Source: Epithemia pelagica
Taxonomy: Eukaryota; Protista; Bacillariophyta
Length of the DNA: 64,000 nt
Reading direction: 5' to 3'
NCBI GenBank assembly: GCA_946965045.2
Contig: OX337236.1
Coordinates: forward strand, 1,612,001 to 1,676,000
Within the stretch, counting starts at the first letter, position 1, and each line of letters starts with the position of its first letter. This document shows, one piece after another, positions 44,076 to 54,782 of the stretch. Both the position numbers and the translations under genes were made by a program. The notes beneath the pieces were generated by a model. It saw nothing but the letters and a program-made list of their open reading frames with translations, searched no databases and had not been told where the DNA came from.

Positions 44076-45843
44076 CTAGGATCTTTGATAAATGGTCGCC
44101 ATCATAGGAATCAGTGTCTTCAAATTATTACCGGAATGTGTGTCGTTATAGGAATCGAGTGCTGATAAAACAGTGGGTTGGGTCTCATTGGATTGGAGGA
44201 GCTGGCCCAAGGAACCAAAGAGGGGATTGATCTGTTTCCATATGTTTCGTGGAATCCATGAGGTGAGAAGGTGCGAACATCTTAGAGAGTCGCTCTCCAT
44301 TTTGTAGCCATGGGTCCATTCCAAATGAAAACACCATCGGAAAACATGAATATCACAGGGTATTCCTTCATCTCGGGAAAACGCCGAAGATAGAACAATC
44401 ATGACAGTTTTGTGGCCAATCCCAATCAGCTGTTCAAATTGGCGAGCGCAAATATTGGACGGAATGGTCCCATCGTGGCGCTGTATGAAATAGTCAGCTG
44501 AGTTGACTATTCTTTCGGCATTGTTGTAGTAGCGACCAGCATCAGAAATTATGGAACAGAATGCATTCATGCCATAACGGGATGCGATGTCATAACAAGC
44601 CGTTGCAGATGTGAGGCCAATGGAGAAAAGGCGTGGGATAATTTTGCTGAGTTGTGCATCTGACGTACTCGAACTCATGATGATGATGATCAGGCACATG
44701 AAAGCTCAGTCTGGTTGTTGGGATATGTCGTCAGAGTTCGATTGGTTGTGGAGATAATCGTCCATCCATCGTTCCCAATTGTCTCGTGGGGAAATGATGT
44801 TCTTATCGAGAAGGTGTTGCCGAAAATCAAGAAGACCGGAAAGAAGATTGAGTTGTTTTTCCTTTATTTGTGGAGCCAATGGTGGAATAGGAGCCAGATA
44901 TACATTTCGGAGGGGTAGTAGTTTCGGTGGTTCACCAGGCATGTGGCGCTTCTCCGTCGAATCATAACCTAGTTTGTTGTATTGAATTTTTATTTTGGAT
45001 CGGGAGGCGGATTGAATCAGTTGTGAAATTAGTCTCGTTCGTTTCCGGGTAGAGTAGGGGTGGAACAAGGATGTATTTGTTGTGGTTTTGCGTGTGGAAG
45101 AGGATGGAGAGGATGAATTATTTGGTTTGGTGGTCGGAGACCCAGCAGGGGAAGTGATTTGATTGTCATGTTCTTGGATTATGGACAGAACTTCCTTTTC
45201 GAACATATCGATGAAAGGGAAAATGGTATCGGGAACAAATCTGAATAGGGGACCTTCCTGGCCAACTGTAATTGGAGTTTGCACAACGAAACGCGTGTCG
45301 GATCGAATCATCCAAGACATTATGTGGGTGAGTGGTGAGATTGAGCAAGTATCTCTTTGGTCCAGGGTATATTCGGCACAGAGTGTGGTAAGGAAGGTCG
45401 AACAGTCTTGTCGGTAGAATGTAGGCAAACAAAATATCTCCATGTATGGATTGGCTCCTTCTGGGACTTCATAGTTGATGGTATATGGCGAACTGTCTGA
45501 AGCTGTGGCTTCGAGAATACCGAGGGAAAATTGTTTTATGACCTCGCTGGAAGGGATGCTGTTGACTTGGCAGATGTGTGTCCTTGACATGAAAGTATTG
45601 ACTTGCTTGATTGTAATTGTCTTGTTCGAACGCATTAGCCATCTTAGAAGTATATCGGAAATAGCATCCACTAAGACGTTGTCTTCGTCAACCATTTCCT
45701 CGGGTTCAGATACAGATGAAGGATGCCCTTCAAGTTCCTCTTCTAGGAATCTGATTAAAAGTATAGGGACAGTGAATTATGTATCGAACTCGACATCGAG
45801 ATTCGAATACAATGTTGTTCTTGTTCGTGCTTACACAAGCCAT
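44076..45843 (-). pseudogene. N-terminally extended endonuclease III (HhH-GPD, NTH1-like), disrupted copy inside hAT-1
   Basis: 'LIGIGHKT', 'PCDIHV' and 'LTSWIP..W.QINPLFGSLGQLL'; colinear with 60339-62180. In-frame TGA at 44706-44708 and a frameshift in the homopolymer run at 45757-45760. Confidence 0.82.
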
Positions 45844-46729
45844 TCTGTACATTGTAAATTTGCACAGGTGCAGAGGTGCAGAGGTGCAGAGTGCAGAAGA
45901 GTTGGCGCAGACACAGTACAGAGTGCAGAGTGCAGAAGCACAGCGATTCCTTAACCATTAGTGCACAGTTGTGTCTTGCATTATGTGACTTAAGTCACTT
46001 TGACTTAAACGGTATAAGTCAGGGAATTAACAGGGAATTATGAAGAATTTAGCATTAAAGTCAAAGTCAAATTCCATCATGCTTGTATTGTTATTAAGTC
46101 GCATGAGGGAGACGGGGGGAATTGACTTGACAAATTAATTCTAAGTAAATTCTATAGCAATGGGTAGTAGACTTAATAGCTTAATAGTCATTAAGTAAAT
46201 TTACTGGAAGTGTTACAGTGACTTGCTAATCACTAAGTAAAGTCGTCCATAAATTTAAATAGTACTTGAAAGTAGCTAAGTCCATTCACTATGTCATATA
46301 TAGTTACTTCACAACCCTGGTCTTACGAGTACTCGTACGATAATCTTTTTCTCATTCAATATCCGTAATCCGTAGGGCGTACGTTGATTGGTAGTTTTGA
46401 GGACTACAATAATCCATGAGGATGAGGAGGATTTTGCAAAATATCCGTAGTTACCATGGCTAACTTGCTACGGACATCGTCAACATGAACGTGATGTTCT
46501 ACGTGTTCGTACTCCTCTTGGTAAGTATACCGCTTGATCAAGTACAAGTGTATCAAGCTAGTAACCCATCCGCATCCGCACCCTCTTGCAACAGAGAGTC
46601 TACAAAATACTGGAAAAGAGCAGAATGAGAATGAACATGGAAAATGTGGCTTACATAATATACACAAATACGCATTAGAAGACCAGACGACAGACCCCCA
46701 TAGGTCTCCCTCGTGAATTAGCGGACAAT

Positions 46730-49700
46730 CTAACTGCTTCCTCGTCTTGGAAAATCTTCTTTGATCGTAATATCTCGTGGTGGCCCATTGGTAGGTTGGA
46801 AATCCAGTGGCGGTCTATACTCTGGCGCGGATTCTGGAACTGGAGGACTGGGATCGTAGACTCTGTTCACAGTCTCCACTAACTCACTAACCACTTCCTG
46901 ACCTCGTGCTTCCCATTCCTTCCGATTGCGCTCGGCGTAGTTCAGATATTCCTTGCTCGAAACACCAAAGACACCGCACTCCTTGAGTTTCTTTGCCAAG
47001 GGAAAAATGTAAAAGTCAAAGAACCCTATCTCACCCTTGTACCAGAAATCCGCTGGGTTCTTTTCGGCGCGTCCCTCCTTGAAGACCTTGTACATCTCTT
47101 CAAACAACTTTGCATTCCATTTCCGATAAACATGCCAGTGTTGCATTGTGTGGGCCACGTCAGAGGCTTGAAGTAAATGCTCAATCACAATCGTAGCTTT
47201 CCTATTGATAGTCATGCGTTCGTTCAAAATAGCGTCTTCACTGAAATCTCGGTCCCATCGTGCGTTTCGGAGTTCTTTTAGTTCTTTGTCCATAATGTCT
47301 GTGGCCATCACACAGTTGACGACAAGCTGTCAAAATCGTTTCAATTCTTCATCGGTTGTATAGATTGCTGTTCGCAGAGCCAAAAATTCATCTTGCATCA
47401 GCTGTCAACGTCAAAAAGAAACCGGTATTGTGAGAATATAGGATTCAATCAGTCATGATCTTTTCAAGGAAGGACTCACCAAGCTCCATGATACATCGAC
47501 AGAATTTTGTTCAGCAACACTACGACCCTTGTACAAACTCGCGATACTTTGATTTTCCTTCACAAGTTGTGTATTAGGTACTCCGGTGTGATCCACATCA
47601 TGAATGAGAGCCGAGAAAACACATGCGAACTGAGTGAGTGGGTCCGAAGTTATCCCGTAGGTGTGATCATGCAAGGTTTGATCCCTAGCAGCACTGTCTT
47701 AGAAATCCATATGTGATGGTGCCACAATCTGCGAGAGTAATTTCGCCACTGACATTGTTACATGACTTGCATGCTCAAAGTTGTGAAACGGGTTCTTCCT
47801 GTACATTCCAGCAACTGATGAGACGTACTCATAAAGCTGCAACTCTACATCGGGGTCGAGAATAACAGATTTTGGATCTGGCGCCTGAGCACTGTCATCA
47901 AATTCAGGCAGCACAATGACTTCCGAAACCTCCTCAAGTACTGTATGAGTGTCATCGCCAGCGAAGGCTTCTTCCATCGGTTGTTCCCCAACGGGTGGAT
48001 GGGCCATTCTTCAAGCTACAGTGAGCTGCAAGAGCCTGAGTAACAGATCAACGTTCCAATCAATCAAGCGCAACGTCTTGTCTGAAAGAACAACATCTTC
48101 CTGGTCATTGTAGTCGTCATTCTGTGCCTGCAGCTGCATTTCAACGATGCTTTCAGCATCACTGCTCTCGCCGCTTGTGACGGAAGCACCCTCGTGCGAG
48201 GCAACTTCTAGCCAATACGTCTTCATTTCTCCCTTTCCCTTGGCAACAACAATGTCTTCACGAGGAACAATCCATTCTCCTTTCCCAGCAGCGTAAAGCA
48301 AGTCTGCGCTTTCCTGAGAAATTTGGATTCGATCACGGCATCCCGTGGATTCCATTCGAGATGCTGTGTTCATAGTATCGCCAAACAACTGGAATCGAGA
48401 GCGCTCCCCACGTAGTACGCCGGCAGTTACTGGCCCCGAATGCATTCCCATTCGCATTGCAAGGTCCGCCGTGTCGGGGCCTAATGACACTTCCAGTCTT
48501 CGGGTCAGGGCTTGCATCTTGGACATGCACTCCTTGGCAAAGCGTGCCATTGCCAAAGCATGGTCCTTACGAGGCTCGGGGATTCTGGCAAAGAAAACAT
48601 GATATGAGTAAAAAAGACGCAAGTTGGAAGTTGTCCTTTGTTTCTCTTACCCAGTTGCGGCTACGTAACAATCTCCAACTGTTTCGACCTTGAAGATACG
48701 GCGTCGCTGTGCAGAGCTATTCATAAAGAAAACAAGTACTTCGTTAGTCAACTGGCAAATGAACTGACAACATTCATGTTCTGATTCTCCTTACACATCA
48801 AACGCTCGATAAACCGTCTCTAAGAGCGTAAACACTTGACTCGGTTCCCACGCTGAGCTCCACGCCGTGAAACCTGCAATATCCGCGAAAAGAATCGTAC
48901 TCTCAGGAAATAAGTCTGCAATCGGCTTGGTCTTAAACATGAGATCATCAGTTTCCTCCATATCAAAAGCATCTGGAGCATCATTTGCCAGAAAATTCTT
49001 TAGCCTAGTTTGTGTGCCCTGCTCGCCGGGTCGGAGACTTCCTGCACCTTCCTCTTCTGCCAAAAGACGATCTCGAACATTCGACGGGAACAACGACGAC
49101 ACAATTTTGTTAGATCGAGCAGCTGCTTGTACAACAACCTTGTTACAACGTCGCACGAAACCGTCGTAAATGAAAAAAGTTACAGTGATGGCAAAGAAAG
49201 TGCCAGCGACAGCGTACGCAAAGTAAAGAGGAATCGAAGACTCCCAGTCATCACGCATAGAATCCGACGGATAGATATTTAGGGAATAGACGCAATGACC
49301 GTCTTCGGTTGCTGTTGCATTTCTTCGGTAAGTGTTCAAAGGAACGGTCACCTTCTTTCCCTCCCAACCAGGTTCATGCAAGTCTCCTTTTCCCAAGAAA
49401 ACAGCCTAGAGAAACAAAAATTCCTTTAGATCAGATTTCGTCCAATAACGGAAATTCCAGTGAGCTTTTTGGATCATACCTTGTCTTTTTCAAGACGATA
49501 CGAATAGGACTGGTCACAGCTGTTGTGAAGCACAACGTAAATTCCACTTGCTCCCTCGGTCACAAGTGCTTGGATCAAATGATCCCACTTTGAAAGAAAG
49601 AAAAAGAGGACGGACGTTCACATGAGTTAAAGTAGCTCTGGCACAAAAGTCGGCACATGAGAGACGTACTGGCACGATGCAAATGAGCATTCCGGAAATC

Positions 49701-50921
49701 GTGGAATCCGGGTCTTTGAGCTTTTCATAAACGGGCTGCAGCAACAAGCTTTGTGGATGATCAAACGCTGATTTGCCGTCATTAACGTTTCGGAATGCTT
49801 GCTGATGGAATTCTTCATATTTTTGAGCATCAACCAACGAACCACTGTATTGCCTACGATTGAAGAACCTCGAGAATACAGCCTCTGTTTCGGAATACAC
49901 AAGAAACCAACGCTTGAGCAACACAAGACCGTCTCACACGTCATCTATGAGCGACAGTACATACCCTTGACCACTAACGTGGAATAAAATGATTCACCAA
50001 ATGTTGCTGTCGTCAATGTATCATAATTTACAAAGACGGACTGCCGCGGAGGAGGAGATGTCTGTTGCAAGAAAAAAGAAAGTGGTGAACGAACAAAAAC
50101 GTGGGAGAATGAAGAATATACCTTCAATCACATACCTGCCAAATTGGAACATGGGGAGGGGGCAACGACGCGACGGGGTTTCCCAAAGCATCCGTACGCC
50201 AAATGATTGGGGTGATATCTGTCACCGTTTCATCACCAATGCCTAAAACAACATGATCCCGCTCCGGCAGGGATCTCAAATAGTCCCGACCTTCCTGGAT
50301 CCAGTCGGTGTTGTTCGCCGAATAACTATTCCATTTTGCCACATTCCTTGAATTAATAATTGGAGCGTACAAGAACATAGCAACTCCGGTGACGACTCGG
50401 GCGTGGTATCCGATAACCTTGAAATTGGGAACTGTAACAAAAGGAAATGAGGATTTTGCAACAATGGCTGCGTTTGTTATCAAGCCACTAACTTCTTCAA
50501 AGGAAAGGGCAAGATTTTTCATGTATTCTTCACTTGTTGATTTTGTTCGGACAGCAAATAATTCATACTATAAACATAATATGCAAAAGAAAATCAATTA
50601 GACCCCTGCCCGCCACCAACGCCACAGCTGCCGTTTGCAATATGAACTTACAGTTCTTTCAAAACTCTCTTCTTCTTCGTCTCGAAGAAACAAAAAAGTG
50701 AACGTAGCAATCGTTGCTCCAGTAATCAGCAGGAGCAGAACTACAATCAAACGCCAACATCGCAAACTGTTGGTTTCGAAGCAAACAAGCTTCTGCAGAT
50801 CACGGACTTCATCTCGTGTCTTCCGAGCGAAACCCCCATTATCGGAGACTTTACTTTCGTCGTCAAATGCATTCTCATCCTCCGAAACAAACACAATGCC
50901 ATTCGGCTTGTTGTTCGACAT
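46730..50921 (-). pseudogene. Guanylate cyclase-phosphodiesterase fusion, copy 3; PDE half interrupted by three stops
   Basis: Stops at 48011-48013, 47699-47701 and 47330-47332. Introns 50568-50651, 50062-50135, 49885-49964, 49588-49669, 49406-49479, 48717-48794, 48585-48650 and 47402-47479. Confidence 0.85.
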
Positions 50922-51451
50922 GTTGTGTTTCAACGCCGACTCGGTTTCCGTCTTTGTCTCGTCGCTTTTCCCGCTCACCAACACTCGTTCCTTCAATGCA
51001 CACCTAATGGACTTGCCCCAACCAAATCAGGCTACTTGCATCTCGGGGCCTCTTGAAGATGATGACTTTAACTAAAGGGCTATACTCGTAAAAGTACTGA
51101 AATTCTTCTACTCGTACTGGTACTGCTACATAACATACAACAATACGAGTATAATTAATTGCCCATTCCCATTTCTAATGACCCCAGTGCGATTTCTCGG
51201 GCTCCCTCACAGTTTTCAACCAGGTGTGCAGGCCAGACGGGGTTGACAAGAAGAAGAAGATACGAGATCATCGGACGAGAATCATCGTTTTATGTGATGA
51301 GTCGAGCTTGTTTCAACTAGAAATGGAGCAAAGAAAGTAAGAGGCAAGGAACTGACTTTTGAGGAAATTTACGCTCATCCAGTCTCACTTAGAACACTGT
51401 CCTCGTAGGGAGTAATTTTAGTTGTGTCCAGATGTTGGTTTCTAGAATATA

Positions 51452-52201
51452 TCACACATTGTGCAGTTTGAATAACTCGACTGATCCTTCTTCGTCTTCG
51501 TACACTGCTAGGATATCCACAGTTTCTTCGCTCCAAAAAATCAGAGATCGTAATGTTTGTTTCGTTTCGATCATCTGAGGTGCAGCCGAAGCCGCCACCA
51601 CTCCTGTTTGATTGTCGCTGTCTCTTTTCACGTGCGTTCGCACTACAAGCCCTGCCAATAACGACCTGTTCCCATCGTTGTCAACAAAGGAAACCTCACC
51701 TAGACCCTTCTTCCGCGACACTGTTGGACGGAGATGACCCGGGAATTCGAGCGCAGGAATGGATGCCAACTCTTCTGTCAAAAAGCGCTCCCATTCCAAA
51801 ATGTTTTCCTGTTCCTCATTATTCATTGTGCTCTCAGAAGGATGCTTCTCGGCACAGTCCTCAAAACGGGCAAACTCTTGACGACATTTGATTGCCGCTT
51901 TGTCGTTATCATCCCCATATTTCTCGGTGCAATCCCACCACACCCAAAAAAGCGATCCACAAGGCCCGTTTCCATACTTTTGGCATATGGGGCAGTCGGA
52001 GTGACGATGTCCGTTTTTGGTGGAGGAGAGGGGTCGCTTAGATACGGAAAAAAGCGGTGGCTGGATTTTTGAACACGTGGATGCTTCTGTTGTGATTCCA
52101 AGCCCTCCCACCAACGAAACACATCCCACTCCGACACAAAGTCGCTCTGCCCCAAAATTCCGACCAAGGCGTTGAAAAAGTAGCAATTTTCGAGAAAACA
52201 T
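51452..52201 (-). CDS. GCK/CHCH-like twin-cysteine domain protein, possibly mitochondrial
   Basis: 'CPICQKYGNGPCGSLFWVWWDC...KCRQEFARFEDC', preceded by a basic presequence-like N-terminus and a hydrophobic segment. Confidence 0.65.
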   Translation of the reverse strand: MFSRKLLLFQRLGRNFGAERLCVGVGCVSLVGGLGITTEASTCSKIQPPLFSVSKRPLSSTKNGHRHSDCPICQKYGNGPCGSLFWVWWDCTEKYGDDNDKAAIKCRQEFARFEDCAEKHPSESTMNNEEQENILEWERFLTEELASIPALEFPGHLRPTVSRKKGLGEVSFVDNDGNRSLLAGLVVRTHVKRDSDNQTGVVAASAAPQMIETKQTLRSLIFWSEETVDILAVYEDEEGSVELFKLHNV

Positions 52202-52456
52202 GGTCAAACAACGTTAACGTTGGGGTTGGTGGCATTGGGATTGGGCATTGGGCATGGTCGGACAGAACGAATTGCTCGGAATCTTCGAATCTTTCTCCAC
52301 TTTGTTGAGAAATATTTATGCCGCTTTTCAGTCGCGTTATTACTGTGTTCACCAATCAGATCTGTTCCCCATGCGATGGACACGAATTGTGGGGCCGATC
52401 TTGTTGCAACAAAAACATAGAGCATCACGCACGGCGCACCGACATGAGGATTGACA

Positions 52457-53722
52457 ATTCGCCATTATTTCCCCTCCATATTGGTGAGGCGGCCAGACAT
52501 ATCCCCAACCCTATCTTTTTTGAATATCGCCCGCCACTGCTCCAGGTAGCTCTAAGTATCTCTAATTGCCAACACCGTTACATCAAGGTCGGCTTGCGTC
52601 CAGTGGTTTCTGAATGCTCATAAATTTGGGCAACCATCTTGTTCTCGTCTGTCACAAAACCCAAAACCGAGGCAAATGCTTGACCATGACCTCTGAGGTA
52701 AGAACCATGGACAGATCATGCTGGGCTGAATCGCATTTAACTTCTCACTACTGCTGCTTATTTATAATCTTGTCGTCTCCTTTTCTTTCTTCTTACTCAT
52801 CACTGCTGCAATCTTTCCTTTTGTTCTTGCATGATCCTTTGGATTTGTCTCATGTTGTACGAGTAGACTGGGAAAAAGCTGCTTGTGGTCAAGTGGAATA
52901 TCCTTCCCTTTCCCCTTCTTGTAATTCTTTTGTCGTTTGATTGTTGGCTGGTTGATTACTTTCATGTTTTTTGTAGGATAGATGATTCACTATTCATAGT
53001 ATCATTGTCAATCATTTCTCAACGACCGAACATTTTGTTTGCTTCAAGTAGATGGCTCCATCTTGCTCTTGCCACTTGCCACACCCTACTTTCCAATTGA
53101 CTCAGCGAATGATTCAATTTGTAGCTGTACAAGCGTGTAAGAGCTGCTCTGTCGTGTGTTCATGGTGAAAGTGAGGGTCATTGACGTGCTCAAAACAGAA
53201 AACTGATGTACTACACGAATACAGAAGGCACTAAACTCTATGGATGGCTAGCACTTGAGTTCTATTTCTAGTTAATAAAGAAAAGGAGGTCTATAGTCTG
53301 TGGATACATGCAATGGAAGTTATGGGTATCATTTCGACAGAAATGAACAATGGCAAGTAATGAGCTGCTGAGCCAGAGACACAGCAGATGAGCAGACTCT
53401 CGTCCCATGAGCAGAGCAAGCAAAAGTGACAAGTGTGAGTGAGTATGAGCAATGTAATTGTCATGGCAATCCTCAATGGATCAAGCTCACCTGGAATGTC
53501 ATTGATACGATGTGCTTTGGCAAGAGAAAAGGATTGTGTGCTTGTCCGGCGTTATGAATTATGAAACAACCAACCCTCATCCACGCAGGGCCGCTTGCTG
53601 GCAGTTGGAGAGCTGGCAAAGCCACCCCATTTGAGAGCAAGCTCTCCCTAGCACGTGTCCACGAAACGCGACCGAGTTTGGTCTGGCCGCCTCACCAATA
53701 TGGAGGGGAAATAATGGCGAAT
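52457..53722. mobile_element. Non-autonomous TIR element (1,266 bp)
   Basis: Perfect 42-bp inverted repeats at 52457-52498 and 53681-53722, flanked by GACA on both sides. No intact ORF inside. Confidence 0.85.
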
Positions 53723-54014
53723 GACATCGGAAGAATTCAAATTCTGACAGTCAGTGGAGGAAAACGGTTTGACCTAAATTCCTAAACTCCTTCCCCCCTC
53801 AAATAGGATTTTAGGACAAACCGTGTTGACCCCCATTTTATCCTAAACTTATTCGTAGTCTGACCTGCGTAGGAGCTAGCACATCTACCTTGATCTGTAT
53901 ACAGGTTCCGAATCCAATCAAGATGCGCACATAGCATAACGAGAATTTGGCAATGCGATCACTTTTTTGTTCTCGTCACAAGAGTGAAGCAGCAATCAAA
54001 AAGAATCCCGAACG

Positions 54015-54731
54015 ATGTCGACGCAAGAACAAGACCCCCAACCTACTGGAACCGAAGACGCCAACACGAATTCTGGCGAACCAAAGAAGCAGAAGGGTCG
54101 GAAGAGGGGATCCGCGAGGTGGGGCCAAGAGGAGACCGATCTCATGCTGACGATCGTTGAAGAACTCTGTCCTGCGGGCGACGACATGTGGAAGGAGGCT
54201 GCAGGAGAACTCTACGAAGCTTCCAACGGCAAGTATCGCCGGGACGGTAACGCTGTGAAGCGCAAGTTTGAGAAGATGTGCATGGGAAAGAAGCCAACGG
54301 GTGCAACAACCCCGCCTAATACCGTGGTACGAGCCAAGCACATCAAGGATCATATTGCTTTGAAAGAGGGTGTTGGGCACTCAGGGCAGAATGACTCTGA
54401 TGATGATGAAAATAGCCAAGAGGGCAACAAAGAGGAGAAAGGAGTGCAGATTCTCAAGCGTTCGGAGTTGGGCCGTCCCTTGACCAAGAAGCGCAAATCG
54501 ACGTTGCTGAACGAAGCACTCGATCGTCTTGGTGAGCAGCAGAAGGAGTCTACAAAGATCCTTGCTAATGCCTTGGTCAAGGGACTGGCCACTGTAGGTG
54601 CAGCCCCTGCTGCAGCGACTTCTACAATGGATCGCATTGATGTGGTGGAAGACAAGCTGCAGCGTATGGACGAGAAAATGGACAGCAAGCTGGCTGTCAT
54701 TCTCAAAGCGATCCAGCAGAACGAGAAGTAA
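54015..54731 (+). CDS. Myb/SANT-like DNA-binding partner protein of Harbinger
   Basis: 'WGQEETDLMLTIVEELCPAGDDMWKEAA...RDGNAVKRKFEKM'; coiled-coil C-terminus. Confidence 0.82.
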   Translation: MSTQEQDPQPTGTEDANTNSGEPKKQKGRKRGSARWGQEETDLMLTIVEELCPAGDDMWKEAAGELYEASNGKYRRDGNAVKRKFEKMCMGKKPTGATTPPNTVVRAKHIKDHIALKEGVGHSGQNDSDDDENSQEGNKEEKGVQILKRSELGRPLTKKRKSTLLNEALDRLGEQQKESTKILANALVKGLATVGAAPAAATSTMDRIDVVEDKLQRMDEKMDSKLAVILKAIQQNEK

Positions 54732-54782
54732 TTTTCTATGGAAAACAACCTAGAGTAGAATAAACGAAGATTCTATTTATTA

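Larger units (their letters stand above)
39658..46319 (+). mobile_element. Complete hAT transposon (6,662 bp) carrying transposase and an endonuclease III-like cargo gene
   Basis: 14-bp TIR CAGGGTTGTGAAGT (39658-39671 / 46306-46319), perfect 8-bp TSD GTCTTACG (39650-39657 / 46320-46327), and AAGTC/GACTT subterminal repeats at both ends. Confidence 0.95.

Noticed and set aside
44706-44708. Selenocysteine recoding of the in-frame TGA
   Set aside because: It aligns to Pro, not Cys, in the intact paralogue, and no SECIS was recognised.
44076-45843. Calling the cargo a DEMETER/ROS1 orthologue
   Set aside because: Motifs match NTH1 (LxSWLP...W..IN.L...GQ), with no Fe-S, CXXC or RRM region. 5mC activity is only a hypothesis.
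52600-53560. Transposase remnant inside the 42-bp-TIR element
   Set aside because: Short stop-riddled fragments without a diagnostic DDE or SWIM motif.
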